The position numbers and the translations under genes were made by a program. From IMG/VR virus record IMGVR_UViG_3300042307_000844: DNA of 64,000 nt; one strand, written 5' to 3'. Shown one piece after another: positions 9,072 through 19,888 of this stretch; position 1 is the first letter of the stretch; every line of letters starts with the position of its first letter. This DNA comes from a virus. Taxonomy: Duplodnaviria; Caudoviricetes. The notes below the pieces were generated by a model. The model searched no databases. It saw nothing but the letters and a program-made list of their open reading frames with translations, and was not told the DNA's origin.

Positions 9072-9530
9072 ATGAAATTCAAAGGAGAAGAAAATGCCGT
9101 GCTTTGGGAATCCTATACTGGAAGAAATTTTAAACGAGAAGACGCAGAAGAAGACTTCATGAGCGATGATCTTGAAGACGATTTTTCTGATGATGGTATT
9201 GACGATTTTGACGATGACATGGATTTTGGCGATGATCTTGACGATGATCTTGGAGGCGGGGAAGCACAAGGAATGGTCATGCAAATTGATCCAATTGCTC
9301 CCGTGGAATCGCATGAGGTAAATGAGGTTCTGGTATCGGAACTCAAGAAGCTTTCGGAATATGGTAAGCGTCTTTATGACATGAAAGATTCCGCTGAATT
9401 TGAAGATTGGATGGTTTCAGCAATCACCATTGCATCTACTTACGTTTCCGATGTTTGGCACCGTCTGGATGCCAAGGCTGATTTCGCCAATACGGGGTTT
9501 GAGCAAGCCGATGATTTCGAACAATTTTAA
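9072..9530 (+). CDS. Late acidic (Asp-rich) hypothetical protein
   Basis: TAAATA-N5-ATG; LWESY; DDF/DDL low-complexity tract. Confidence 0.7.
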   Translation: MKFKGEENAVLWESYTGRNFKREDAEEDFMSDDLEDDFSDDGIDDFDDDMDFGDDLDDDLGGGEAQGMVMQIDPIAPVESHEVNEVLVSELKKLSEYGKRLYDMKDSAEFEDWMVSAITIASTYVSDVWHRLDAKADFANTGFEQADDFEQF

Positions 9531-9531
9531 T

Positions 9532-9798
9532 ATGATATCCAAATCAGAAGAAAATGAAATTATATGGGAATCGTTGAAAACAGATTCTTCTCAAGATCAT
9601 TTGTCTCTTCTTATGGACTCCAAGCACATGATCGAACATATGATTAAAACGATTAATAATTATTCAATGTTCCATAGCACCCCCGATAAACCTAAACCAA
9701 AATTCCCAAATATTGGGGAGATTTCATCTGCACATAAAAACGTAAAACGGATTTACGAAAGCATGGGCGTAGATGTTAATGAAAAACCAGTAATTTAA
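9532..9798 (+). CDS. Hypothetical protein
   Basis: Likely start MISKSEENEIIWES at 9532; the N-terminus resembles that of the 9072 product. Confidence 0.6.
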   Translation: MISKSEENEIIWESLKTDSSQDHLSLLMDSKHMIEHMIKTINNYSMFHSTPDKPKPKFPNIGEISSAHKNVKRIYESMGVDVNEKPVI

Positions 9799-9802
9799 AT
9801 GA

Positions 9803-10261
9803 ATGAGAAGTTTCAAGCAATTCTTTGTGGAAAAAAACATCCTCGGTTTGGAAGAGGATATCGTAGTTGATGGTGTCGGAACCATATCCGCCAAATTGGA
9901 TACGGGTAATGGTGCTTACAATGTTTTACACGGAGAAGACCTTGAGTTCGGAAAAGACAGACAAACCAACCAACCCATAGTAAGATTTACAACCATGAAT
10001 TCCATACGCTTAGAAAAACCAGTCAAAGATACCATCACTATTAATCTAGGGGCTGGTAATACGGAAGAACGTCCAATCTGTTTATTTGATTGTGCAATTG
10101 GGGGTAAGAGATTCCCCAATACGCCATTTTCAATTGGTAATAGAGCGGATAACGATCATAAGGTTTTAATTGGTAAGGGATTTATAGCGAAGCAGTTGGA
10201 TGCGCTTGTCGATGTTGCCCTTAAAAATGTGGCAGATCAAAATTTAACAGCAGATGTCTAA
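9803..10261 (+). CDS. Retropepsin-like aspartic protease (PF05618/RimB-like family)
   Basis: ISAKLDTGNGAYNVLHG catalytic D-T-G motif, ERPICL, FSIGNRAD...VLIGKGFI. Confidence 0.8.
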   Translation: MRSFKQFFVEKNILGLEEDIVVDGVGTISAKLDTGNGAYNVLHGEDLEFGKDRQTNQPIVRFTTMNSIRLEKPVKDTITINLGAGNTEERPICLFDCAIGGKRFPNTPFSIGNRADNDHKVLIGKGFIAKQLDALVDVALKNVADQNLTADV

Positions 10262-10937
10262 TAAAATATCACAAAAAGAACTTTTGAGTGAGGGATTTTG
10301 GGATGCTTTTGGAAAAGCAAAAGAAAAACTCAGAGAGAAATTTCCTAGAACTACTAGATTGGCATCTTTAGCTGGTTCTGTTGCTGATGTGGTAGCTCCA
10401 GAAATAATGCAACCTATTAGAAAGCAAAAAGAATGGAGAGATTCCGCCAGTGAAAAAGCTAAAAGAGCTTCAATGACTCAAGATCAAATTACGTTGGATT
10501 ACATTCATGAAGATGGGTTCCACGAAGAGCGAGGTGAAAAGCTCAATTGGAATCCGAAACGAAACGCCGATGGGACATACACAGCAACTATTAAAGTGGG
10601 GGAGTTGGTAAACGATCCACAGACGGGTGATCCTAAATTGGGTAGAACATTCTCTGCTGATAAATCAACATATATTGTTAAATTTGATCCGAAAAATAGG
10701 ACAGCCAAAAGAGTTAGAGGACCAGACAGACAGCTTGCTTCCAGTACCGACCAAATTAGGTATGCATTGGAAGATGCTGGTTATAATACTGTGGGTGGTA
10801 TTAAAATTACTGGAAATAATCGAGATGGTACTATAAATGTGGACGCATATATATTAACTAATATTGGTGGGAATCAACAACGGACTTTACAACATTTTAT
10901 TTATAATCCTTCCACGGAACAAATATCCATTCCTTGA
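10254..10937 (+). CDS. Hypothetical protein
   Basis: Operonic 227-aa ORF; N-terminal ELLSEGFWD. Confidence 0.7.
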   Translation: MSNKISQKELLSEGFWDAFGKAKEKLREKFPRTTRLASLAGSVADVVAPEIMQPIRKQKEWRDSASEKAKRASMTQDQITLDYIHEDGFHEERGEKLNWNPKRNADGTYTATIKVGELVNDPQTGDPKLGRTFSADKSTYIVKFDPKNRTAKRVRGPDRQLASSTDQIRYALEDAGYNTVGGIKITGNNRDGTINVDAYILTNIGGNQQRTLQHFIYNPSTEQISIP

Positions 10938-10966
10938 CATTCTCAAATGTCTCCATAAATCCTATC

Positions 10967-11326
10967 ATGCAAGTGGAAATCAAAGCGCAAGAGGATGAGA
11001 ATTTCAAATTCATTACAACGGACGAAACGGATGATCTTAAAGATGATTCCCATGTCAGTTCTGTGAATAATGACGATAATGTATTGGTTGGAAGAACTTG
11101 GAATAAATGGTATGGTGAATACATGACACCCGAAGAATTGGAAGAAAAGCAAAAACAACAAGAGATACGGGATGAAGAGCTTAAACAAAAATCAATTGAA
11201 AGATTGAAAGCAGAAAAAATCGCAGAACAACCCGTTCAACTGGAACCGCCCAAACGCATGGAAGCAACGCTGAACAATAAATCGGGACACGAATGGTTTA
11301 ATGGAACATCTTGGGGATTGAAATGA
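10967..11326 (+). CDS. Hypothetical protein
   Basis: Likely start MQVEIK at 10967, 5 nt after a TTGACA-N16-TAAATC element. Confidence 0.6.
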   Translation: MQVEIKAQEDENFKFITTDETDDLKDDSHVSSVNNDDNVLVGRTWNKWYGEYMTPEELEEKQKQQEIRDEELKQKSIERLKAEKIAEQPVQLEPPKRMEATLNNKSGHEWFNGTSWGLK

Positions 11327-12144
11327 TAACAAATATTAAAATTCTAAATGGGTTTGCCACTGAGCTTCCCAATTTCCACAAGGGAATTGAATTCCAATTT
11401 TCGGAAGGGCTAACTATTTTGAATGGTCCAAATGGCTGCGGCAAGACCAGTGTTCTAAAAATGCTCAAGGCATATTGTGGCATCCCCAATGGATATGCGG
11501 GATGGTCTAGGATTTCTTCGGAACTTGCTCTGGGAGCGCAGCAGAGAAGTCATTTCCCTTACGTGTATCGCGCCTATTCCCCCGGTCAATCCGACTGTAT
11601 TGTGGGTTGGGATGGAACACCAACCTTCTATAATGAAGGGGATGTAAAGATTGACCAATGGGGATGGTTCACTCACAAGGATATTTCATCAGAAGATGGT
11701 ATGACCACGGAAGCGGAACACATGGATGCAATGGTTGAGAAACCATCATCGGGTCAATATCGTTTGAAAAAGCTCAACAAACTATTCAACATGCTCAAGA
11801 GTCCTCCTGATCTCACCAAGTATGTTTCTTCCCATCCCGCACAAGTTGGAGAGGTCGATTACATCCGTTCCCTACCGCGCACGGGCAGGGTGACATTGCT
11901 TCTGGATGAGCCAGAGCGAGCATTATCCCTACCCAAGCAGATGGAACTCTTTGCTCTTCTGAAAAGGATGTCCAAGGAATACCAAATCATCGTGGCAACC
12001 CATTCTCCCTTTGTTTGCCTCATGGATTTGGATGCTAAAATCTATGATATTGAAGTTGGATATAGTGATGAATGTAAGAATATCATTGAAAATTTAGTAA
12101 AGTATAATGGGGAAGAACAATGGATTTTAAGTGGTGGTGAATAA
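11323..12144 (+). CDS. Stand-alone ABC-type ATPase (AAA_21/COG3910-like)
   Basis: GPNGCGKTS Walker A, SSGQ signature, LLLDEPERALS Walker B, IIVATHSP. Confidence 0.85.
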   Translation: MITNIKILNGFATELPNFHKGIEFQFSEGLTILNGPNGCGKTSVLKMLKAYCGIPNGYAGWSRISSELALGAQQRSHFPYVYRAYSPGQSDCIVGWDGTPTFYNEGDVKIDQWGWFTHKDISSEDGMTTEAEHMDAMVEKPSSGQYRLKKLNKLFNMLKSPPDLTKYVSSHPAQVGEVDYIRSLPRTGRVTLLLDEPERALSLPKQMELFALLKRMSKEYQIIVATHSPFVCLMDLDAKIYDIEVGYSDECKNIIENLVKYNGEEQWILSGGE

Positions 12145-12174
12145 TAAATATAATAGAATTTAATAAATAATAAT

Positions 12175-12411
12175 ATGAGCGGGTTTTTTAAAGAAAAATA
12201 CGGAGGTTCTGCTGGGGCAATTTTGGATGCTTGGGGGCATGACCGAATCAATGCGGAGATTGGAAACATCTATGAGCAACATGTATTTGGTGCCAAGAGC
12301 ATCAACATGGACGAACTTCTAAATGAATTTCATGGACAAGCTACGGGCGGTGCTGTGAGGTATTCGGCTGATATTAAGACTGCTCCCAAAGGGGGCTTAC
12401 TGGAAGGATAA
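12175..12411 (+). CDS. Late hypothetical protein
   Basis: TAAATA-N5-ATG at 12164-12175. Confidence 0.6.
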   Translation: MSGFFKEKYGGSAGAILDAWGHDRINAEIGNIYEQHVFGAKSINMDELLNEFHGQATGGAVRYSADIKTAPKGGLLEG

Positions 12412-12416
12412 AAATT

Positions 12417-12806
12417 ATGAAAAACGTATATGAAGCGACATTTCCTAGTCCTATGACTGAGGAACAAAAAGAAGAAGCCACTAAAATTGCTAGACATCTG
12501 GCAACACATTACTTAAACGCTGTATGGGATATGTCAAGTGGACGAGGAGTCCCATCTGAAGAAGTAACAAATATCCAAGAGAAATATAAACAAGTGGAAC
12601 AGCAAGTCGTGAGGGAATATGAGAAATCTCTGAATGAAAAGGTTCTTAAATTCTTCATGTTAAAGCGTAAGAAGAAAGGGGAAAAGATTTCCATTGATGA
12701 TGTTGTAAGCATTATCAAATATAAGCTAATATCCAAACCAAAGAGGAAATTGGATTGTTTCATGTGGGATAAAGAATATAATATTTATCCGTTGGTTAGA
12801 CGGTGA
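12417..12806 (+). CDS. Hypothetical protein
   Basis: Operonic 129-aa ORF. Confidence 0.6.
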   Translation: MKNVYEATFPSPMTEEQKEEATKIARHLATHYLNAVWDMSSGRGVPSEEVTNIQEKYKQVEQQVVREYEKSLNEKVLKFFMLKRKKKGEKISIDDVVSIIKYKLISKPKRKLDCFMWDKEYNIYPLVRR

Positions 12807-12849
12807 TCACACATAGATATTACTCAGATTTTGACTAAGTAATATCAAC

Positions 12850-13596
12850 ATGGCAATTAAAAATGCTCCGAAAGGAAAACGCCGGGAAGTCAATTTAGTA
12901 GATGTTGAAAGTGCTATCGCCAATAGCTACAATAAGATTGACTTCAAATTTAAAAACAGAGCTTTCAAATTAACCGACAAACAAAAAGAGTTGGTTTCAA
13001 TTATAAACGATCCAAATACTAAGGTTGTTATAATTCAAGGCCCAGCCGGAACTGGAAAATCTTGGACATCTATTTATTGTGGATTGACGTTGATTAAAGA
13101 ACAAAGATTTGAAAAGCTTCTTTATGTGAGAGCCATGGTTGAAAGTGCTTCCAAATCCATGGGATATCTTCCGGGGTCAGAAGCAGACAAGACATTACCA
13201 TTTAATGCTGTAGCTTTTGAGTTGATAAATAAGCTGGTAGAAGATAAGGATTTACCTAAAATTCAAAAAGCTGGTATCATCGAAACTATGCCAGTAAACC
13301 ACGCTAGAGGACACACATGGGATAATATGTTTGTTTTAGTTGATGAAACGCAGCAAATGGAAACCAAGGAAATTCTTACGGTTGCTAGTAGGCTGGGGGA
13401 GAATAGCATTATGGTCTTAGCTGGAGATCACATGCAACCAGATATCCAGAGGAGTGGTTTTCAGGCTGTTTATAATGCCTTCAACGATCAAGAATCCATT
13501 GATAATGGTATCAGGACATTTGAATTTACGGAAGATGATATCGTAAGGTCAAAAATTCTCAAATTCATCGTCAAGAAATTTAAGACAATTTCTTAA
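12850..13596 (+). CDS. phoH: PhoH-family ATPase
   Basis: QGPAGTGKS, GYLPG, RGHTWDN, DETQQ, AGDHMQPD, DIVRS. Confidence 0.92.
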   Translation: MAIKNAPKGKRREVNLVDVESAIANSYNKIDFKFKNRAFKLTDKQKELVSIINDPNTKVVIIQGPAGTGKSWTSIYCGLTLIKEQRFEKLLYVRAMVESASKSMGYLPGSEADKTLPFNAVAFELINKLVEDKDLPKIQKAGIIETMPVNHARGHTWDNMFVLVDETQQMETKEILTVASRLGENSIMVLAGDHMQPDIQRSGFQAVYNAFNDQESIDNGIRTFEFTEDDIVRSKILKFIVKKFKTIS

Positions 13597-14848
13597 AATT
13601 TTTAACAGAATATGTTATCAGCCTATTCCAAAAATCCAATCCTTCAGGATGATGTCTTTCAATTATCAATCTGAGAGTCTTCATTAAAACATTTAAATCT
13701 TTCATAATTTGATAAACATTTGAATGTTCTGTTATATTTGGTGCTAAAGATTCGTTGAAGATTTCTTCAAAAGTTCTTCCATTGTTGTTCATTCGTTGTA
13801 ATCTTTCAGCGTGTTTTTTATTATCACTTTCTTTCTTTTTATATGTCATTTTTTTAATCCTACTCAGATCAAAATTAGGATCAATTTGCTCCACTATACT
13901 TCTAATATAATGTGGTCGCCAGTTACAATTGGCTAATTGTTGTATTTCTTTAATATTTAAAGGTTTTTCTTTTAAAGCTGGTATAATTATTTGTTCACAT
14001 AACTCTAAATGTGTCATTCCATTGTTAGCATTTCGTTCCATTACTTCACTCTGTCTCGCCTTCCACGCATCAGAAAGTTTGATACCATATCTTGGATTTT
14101 TATCACCCTTCACCGATAATTCACCGGATGCGAATTTTTGTTTTCTTTTTTCTTTAGTTCTTTTAATACCCGCATCGTAGATGTGTGGATTTTCTAATTT
14201 TCGGATACGCCTAGTTTCTTTTTGTTTTTCAATTGTTTCTTTTGAATGTTTTTTACCTCTCATAAATGATCTATCGACCAATTTATTTGATATTCTCATT
14301 TTTTTCTTGGTTTCTTCACTATGTTTTCTACCAATCATATTACCAACTCTACCTTTTTTATACTCTTCTGGCATGATAGGTGTCCATCCTTGTAAAATCA
14401 TTTCATCATAATGGTTGGGGTCTAATATATTAACATATATAACATTTTCACTCATGTATAATTTTTTATATTTAGGTTTTGCTTTTTTAAGAGATTCATA
14501 AAATCTAGAATTAACATATCGTTGTTCTTGGTGTTTATTTTTTAATCTCATTTGGAAGAAGGCAAAATTCATTTTTTGGTTCTTAATTTTACAATTAAAC
14601 ATTTTCGTCAGCAAAAGATGTGCTATAAAATGATCTCTTCCGGGTAAAATGACTACGTTATCATCACAAGATAGAATTTCAGGATCGACAAATCGTTTAA
14701 ACGATTTTGGTATGATGTGATGTTTTTCACAATAGACATCATCGGAATATTGAGTTGATAAAGATTTATTTATTATGGTAACATACCATTTGACATATTT
14801 TGAGTTGTTCGATATTCTTGTTATTTCGTTTAGTATTGATTTGGTCAT
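13580..14848 (-). mobile_element. Free-standing HNH homing endonuclease with NUMOD3 repeats
   Basis: EKHHIIPKS...NVVILPGRDHFIAHLLL; GRKHSEETKKKM and GKKHSKETIEK NUMOD3 motifs; AT-rich. Confidence 0.85.
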
Positions 14849-14964
14849 ATAAGTATTTAGTATAAAAGTTCAAAATTTTTCAAAAAACGAGTTAATTACT
14901 ATTCTATCAAGATTTGAACAAAGTAGCTTGCAATCCTATAATTATCTGTTAAGTTAATATTATT

Positions 14965-15699
14965 ATGAGAGCAGCCATTGTGGGGACATCGAATACCGGA
15001 AAATCAACATTAGTGAAAGCTTTTTTGAAAAAGTGGCCAATGTATAAGACAACTGCGAAAACATATCGTGACATTCTAACGGAGAATAATCTTGAACATT
15101 CTTCAAAGACCACAACGGAAACGCAGATTTTGATTCTTGATTGGATGACTACTACATTGGAAGAAAATAAAGATGAAAAATACGTGGTATATGATCGCTG
15201 CCCCTTAGATAATCTTGCATATTCCCTACATGCCGCTGAAAATAACTTAATCTCTGAAGAAGTTTTGGGACTCACCGTTGATATTGTTCGTCGTTCCTTA
15301 AAAAATCTAGATATCATCTTCTGGTTGAAATATGATCCATCAATCAAGATTGTCAATGATGGGACACGCGACACGAATCTTAATTACATTCGGGAGATTG
15401 ATGACATCTTCGCAGGTCTTTATGAACAATATTCCGATCATTTGGGAAACACCCCGTTTTTCATTGCGGAGGATTGTCCCGCGATCATTCCCGTTGACAT
15501 GTCAAATCTCGATGATAGGATTGCGTGGATTGGTGAGTTCATTGATCAGAAAGGTAATCTCGTTGAGACGGGGGAAAGCGTTCTCGATCCCAAGAATCTG
15601 GAAACGATGGAACAAATGCTGAAAGACCAAGGACTCTGGATTGATAAGGATAAGCAATACAAGAATCTGACGGATCAGATTAAGAATTTTAAAATATGA
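14965..15699 (+). CDS. P-loop nucleotide kinase-like protein (AAA_28/NMP-kinase fold)
   Basis: GTSNTGKSTL, VVYDRCPLDNLAYS, DDGTRD-like lid. Confidence 0.75.
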   Translation: MRAAIVGTSNTGKSTLVKAFLKKWPMYKTTAKTYRDILTENNLEHSSKTTTETQILILDWMTTTLEENKDEKYVVYDRCPLDNLAYSLHAAENNLISEEVLGLTVDIVRRSLKNLDIIFWLKYDPSIKIVNDGTRDTNLNYIREIDDIFAGLYEQYSDHLGNTPFFIAEDCPAIIPVDMSNLDDRIAWIGEFIDQKGNLVETGESVLDPKNLETMEQMLKDQGLWIDKDKQYKNLTDQIKNFKI

Positions 15700-16499
15700 A
15701 GGAAAGAATCGGGTTAGGTATTATAACCAAAGATCGTCCACAATTTCTAAAAAAATTGTTGGATAGTATTGATGGGTGTAATTGGTTGGAGTTGATCATC
15801 ATCAATGATGGTGATCCATTTGAATGCCCCGGATATAATTATTATATCCATACAAACGAAACAAATTTGGGAGTTGCGGCATCTAAAAATAAGGCAATGA
15901 AACATTTGTTGAACATTGGTTGTGATCACATCTTCCTCATTGAAGACGATATGCTTATCAAAGACCCAAACATTTTTCAAGCATACATTGACGCTTCCAA
16001 GAAGAGTGGAATCCAACACCTGATGTTCGGCTACCACGGTCCTGCCAATAAGAATGGTATCTCCCATGGTAAGCCATGTCCCCGATTGGTGGTAGATTAT
16101 GGGGATTTATCCCTAGCTTTCAATCAGCATTGCGTGGGAGCGTTCTGTTATTATTCCCGCAAGTGTCTGGAAGATGTCGGTCTGATTGACGAGAAATTCC
16201 GAAATGCTTTTGATCATGTTTCCCATAGCTATGAACTTGCCTTGAAAGGATATTCCACTCCTTACTGGTGGTGGGCTGATCTAGCCAATTCCTTGGATTA
16301 CATTGAAGAACAAGCGTGTTCAGAGGAAAATTCGTCCATCAAGACTCCCGAATCCATGCAGAAATGGCAGGATAATATTCGGGGTTCCATGGAGTATTTC
16401 AAGGAAAAATTTGGTATATTCCCATTTGGGAGTGATGGTGTTCCAGATACGAGGGAACAAGAGGTATTGACATTTTTGAAAAGCGTGAGATCATTTTGA
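15696..16499 (+). CDS. Glycosyltransferase family 2
   Basis: GIITKDR, IIINDG, GVAASKNKAM, FLIEDD, VGLIDEKF. Confidence 0.85.
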   Translation: MKERIGLGIITKDRPQFLKKLLDSIDGCNWLELIIINDGDPFECPGYNYYIHTNETNLGVAASKNKAMKHLLNIGCDHIFLIEDDMLIKDPNIFQAYIDASKKSGIQHLMFGYHGPANKNGISHGKPCPRLVVDYGDLSLAFNQHCVGAFCYYSRKCLEDVGLIDEKFRNAFDHVSHSYELALKGYSTPYWWWADLANSLDYIEEQACSEENSSIKTPESMQKWQDNIRGSMEYFKEKFGIFPFGSDGVPDTREQEVLTFLKSVRSF

Positions 16500-16501
16500 T
16501 T

Positions 16502-16738
16502 ATGGTGAAAGAAATTAAAACAATCAAAGTTGATTATTGGTCACATCAAAAATTATCCGAAAAAATCATTTTGATGATTCAAAGTAGTATAGATAAAAAT
16601 GAGAGTGTTTATGAATTGAATTGTGTTCCGAATATGAAAAAACCCTATTTTTGGGAATTTTGGAAATGGAGTACTTATCGAAAAGAGTGTGATAGAATCA
16701 TGGAATCGGTTCGGTCGAGTATTAACAATTTTAAATAA
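16502..16738 (+). CDS. Hypothetical protein in the glycosylation cluster
   Basis: Operonic ORF. Confidence 0.55.
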   Translation: MVKEIKTIKVDYWSHQKLSEKIILMIQSSIDKNESVYELNCVPNMKKPYFWEFWKWSTYRKECDRIMESVRSSINNFK

Positions 16739-17547
16739 TGAAAACAGATTTAAATAATATTGGCTTGATGATTCACTTCCGTAGGGATGTGGATGACCGC
16801 TTTCGCAATCTGGAAATGGTTGTTAAATTTTATCGTGAGAATTCCGATAACCTGCAAATCGCCATTCTAAATGACGATAAGGAATTGGATAAGGACTTCA
16901 AGAGACTCTGTAAGCAATACGATTGTAAGGGTCTATTCATGGAGAACAACGATGTCTATTGGAGAACCAAGGCATTCAATGAGATGTCCAAAATTCTGGA
17001 TGTGGAGTGTCTAATTGCGGGAGATACTGATGTGATCGTTGATCCGAAATTTATTCTGGAAGCAAAGCAATTGTTTGACGAAAATACGGGGATTGTGTAT
17101 CCTTACAACGGAATGTTCATACATTTGAAGCAACCGATGTTTGAAATATTCGCCGTAGGTCAAGCCCTACTTGACCTATTGGACAAATCTCAAACACTGA
17201 AACCTATTCCTTATGATCAGGATGAGAATTTTCTCGTTGCACATCCTCAGAGCAAAGGGGGGATGGTAATGTTTAGTAAGAAAGCATTTTTAGATTGTAA
17301 CGGATACAATCCCAATTTCAAGGGATGGGGATATGAAGATGATGAAATTCTAGCTAGATTTCAGAAATCGGGTTGGGATATTTTGAGAGTTGGTAATAAA
17401 GACGCAATTGCATGGCATCTTCCTCATGAGAATACGGTGAGAGAGAAACATCCATATTACGAAAACAATCGTAAGCATTCTGATTTTGTTTGTGGCAATA
17501 CTTGGGGACAAGAATTGGAAAATTATATCAAGAGTTGGAAGATTTGA
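16738..17547 (+). CDS. Glycosyltransferase, GT2/GT7 (galactosyltransferase-like C-terminus)
   Basis: AGDTDV DxD motif, NGYNPNFKGWGYEDDE, AWHLPH. Confidence 0.85.
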   Translation: MKTDLNNIGLMIHFRRDVDDRFRNLEMVVKFYRENSDNLQIAILNDDKELDKDFKRLCKQYDCKGLFMENNDVYWRTKAFNEMSKILDVECLIAGDTDVIVDPKFILEAKQLFDENTGIVYPYNGMFIHLKQPMFEIFAVGQALLDLLDKSQTLKPIPYDQDENFLVAHPQSKGGMVMFSKKAFLDCNGYNPNFKGWGYEDDEILARFQKSGWDILRVGNKDAIAWHLPHENTVREKHPYYENNRKHSDFVCGNTWGQELENYIKSWKI

Positions 17548-18242
17548 AACCTAGATTTTCCATATGTATTCCCGTTTGGGAACAGCACGGATTTGGTCTT
17601 CAATATCTGAAAGACCTGATTCATTCGATTCAAATCCAAACATTTCATGATTGGGAAATTGTAATTTCCGATCACAGTCAAAATTTTGATATTTCCGATT
17701 ATTGCTTTGAAGAATGGAAAAATGATTACACCATACGATATGTCAAATATGATGAAAATTACGGCAACGGTGTCGCCAATCTCAACAATGCTTTAAAAAT
17801 GGCAAATGGAGAAATTATCAAGATCATGTTTCAAGATGATTTCATGTTCACGCATAAATGTTTAGAAGCTTTACATGAAACGTTTCAGGATGAAAATACA
17901 AAATGGGCTGTTTGTGGGTGCAATCATACGAGAGATGGGGTAAAATTTGAAAGACCCATGGTTCCGTCTTGGAATAATTATTTATTGGAAGGTATAAACA
18001 CGATCAGTTCCCCATCCGTTCTAGCATTTAGAAATGAAAACATTGAATTGTTTGATGAGAACTTGACAATGCTCATGGATGTGGAATACTACTATCGATT
18101 GGGAAGACGATACGGATTACCTACGATACTTGAAGATTGTTTGGTTACTAATCGTTGTCATGAAAATCAAATCAGTAGTAGGTATTCTGGAAATTTGGGA
18201 GATGAAGTAAGATATTGTAAAGAAAAATATGATAGTAACTGA
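17490..18242 (+). CDS. Glycosyltransferase family 2
   Basis: FSICIPVW, EIVISDHS, GVANLNNAL, IMFQDD, MDVEYY; the real start is probably TTG at 17544. Confidence 0.85.
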   Translation: MWQYLGTRIGKLYQELEDLKPRFSICIPVWEQHGFGLQYLKDLIHSIQIQTFHDWEIVISDHSQNFDISDYCFEEWKNDYTIRYVKYDENYGNGVANLNNALKMANGEIIKIMFQDDFMFTHKCLEALHETFQDENTKWAVCGCNHTRDGVKFERPMVPSWNNYLLEGINTISSPSVLAFRNENIELFDENLTMLMDVEYYYRLGRRYGLPTILEDCLVTNRCHENQISSRYSGNLGDEVRYCKEKYDSN

Positions 18243-19119
18243 AATATACAACGGTCAAGGGCTAGGTAATCAACTTGCTTGTTATGTGACAACACGGGTA
18301 GTTGCCAAGGATAAGGGATTTGATTTTGGGATTATGAATCCCCATAAATTTAAATGTTTGGATTTTATGGATTTAGATTTTGGATTGCCTGTTACGGGTG
18401 GTTCTGGTAGGGAAGGTGGACCACCTGATACGCTTCCCGATGATATTCAGCATTATTTTAAAGAAAGATGGTTGTATCTTTCAAATGGTTCTAATGTGAC
18501 AATCGATGATCTAAATTTGGAATCTATTCAGGATAATACAAAAATTGACGGGATTTTTCAATCGGAAGATCGTATCATCCATCGTAAAGATGAAATTAGA
18601 CAATGGTTGAAAGTCAAAGCAGAAAAAGATTGCTATGATTATTCTGATCCAAATATTTGCATCATTAATTATCGTGGTGGAGAATATGCGAGTGTTGTCC
18701 ATTTCCATTTAAATGGGAAGTATTGGGATGATGCGATTGATAGAATGCGAAAAATTAACCCGAATTTTAGATTTGTAGTTATCACTGATGATGTAGAAAG
18801 AGCAAGCAGACAATTCCCTGATTTTGAAGTGAAACATTATGATGTGGGGACAGATTTCACTATTATCAAGAATGCTCATTATTTGATTTTATCAAATTCC
18901 AGCTTCCCGTATTTTGCCACTTTACTAAGTGATACTGTAAAGTATATATTAGCTCCCAAGTATTGGGGTCGCCATAATATCTCTGATGGTTATTGGTCAT
19001 GCGGATATAATATTTTTAGAAATCACAATTATTTAGATAGAGAGGGGAATCTCTTTACTTGGGAAGAATGTGTGATAGAACATGAGGAATACAAAAAACG
19101 AACAGGAATTTATGGGTAA
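18229..19119 (+). CDS. GT11 (alpha-1,2-fucosyltransferase)-like glycosyltransferase
   Basis: GQGLGNQL, GIFQSE, INYRGGEY, ILSNSSF. Confidence 0.75.
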   Translation: MIVTEIYNGQGLGNQLACYVTTRVVAKDKGFDFGIMNPHKFKCLDFMDLDFGLPVTGGSGREGGPPDTLPDDIQHYFKERWLYLSNGSNVTIDDLNLESIQDNTKIDGIFQSEDRIIHRKDEIRQWLKVKAEKDCYDYSDPNICIINYRGGEYASVVHFHLNGKYWDDAIDRMRKINPNFRFVVITDDVERASRQFPDFEVKHYDVGTDFTIIKNAHYLILSNSSFPYFATLLSDTVKYILAPKYWGRHNISDGYWSCGYNIFRNHNYLDREGNLFTWEECVIEHEEYKKRTGIYG

Positions 19120-19888
19120 AGTATTTGATGTATTTTCATTTTTCAATGAGTTGGATTTGTTGGAAGTTCGTCTGAACATTCTGGACAAATACGTGGATTA
19201 TTTTGTGATTGTAGAATCGAGACAAACTTTCACAGGAGTTGAAAAGCCGTTGTATTACGAGGAAAATAAAGAGCGTTTCAAACAATGGCATTCCAAGATC
19301 ATTCATCATGTGATGCCTGATTTTCCCCAAGATGGAGATCATTATCAACGAGCATTGAGAAGTCCAAATGTTGGAGACGGTGCGGAGAATTGGTTGCGAG
19401 AATTTTATCAGAAGGAAGCTCCAATCCGTGCTTTGGAAAACATTTGTATTGATGATGATATTATTTTTCTATCAGATTTGGATGAGATTTGGAATCCTGA
19501 AAATCCAGACATTTGTTATAATTTACAACATGGACAAGTTTATCGACCAATCCAAACAGCATATCCATATTATTTAAATAACCGTTCCAATCAGGATATC
19601 GGTTGCTGGACGGGAACAAGAGTCGGGACATATAAGACGCTAAAACATTATGGTTGCAATCATTTTAGGACAGAGCGAGAAGCTAAGAGCATCCCCGTTT
19701 CAAACGGGGGGTGGCATTTCAGTTGGACAAACAAGGATGCAAAATATGAAGCATTTAAATACAACGATGTCCAAGCTCGTTATGAAATCGTTTCCAGAGA
19801 ACAAACTTGGAAAGACGAATCGGATTTACCAGAGTATATTATGAAAAATAAAGAAGAATTGGTGGAGAAAGGATTAATGTTGCAATGA
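19112..19888 (+). CDS. GT17 (beta-1,4-GlcNAc transferase)-like protein
   Basis: FDVFSFFNELDLLEVRLNILDKYVDYFVIVES, REFYQK, LSDLDEI, GGWHFSW. Confidence 0.85.
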   Translation: MGKVFDVFSFFNELDLLEVRLNILDKYVDYFVIVESRQTFTGVEKPLYYEENKERFKQWHSKIIHHVMPDFPQDGDHYQRALRSPNVGDGAENWLREFYQKEAPIRALENICIDDDIIFLSDLDEIWNPENPDICYNLQHGQVYRPIQTAYPYYLNNRSNQDIGCWTGTRVGTYKTLKHYGCNHFRTEREAKSIPVSNGGWHFSWTNKDAKYEAFKYNDVQARYEIVSREQTWKDESDLPEYIMKNKEELVEKGLMLQ

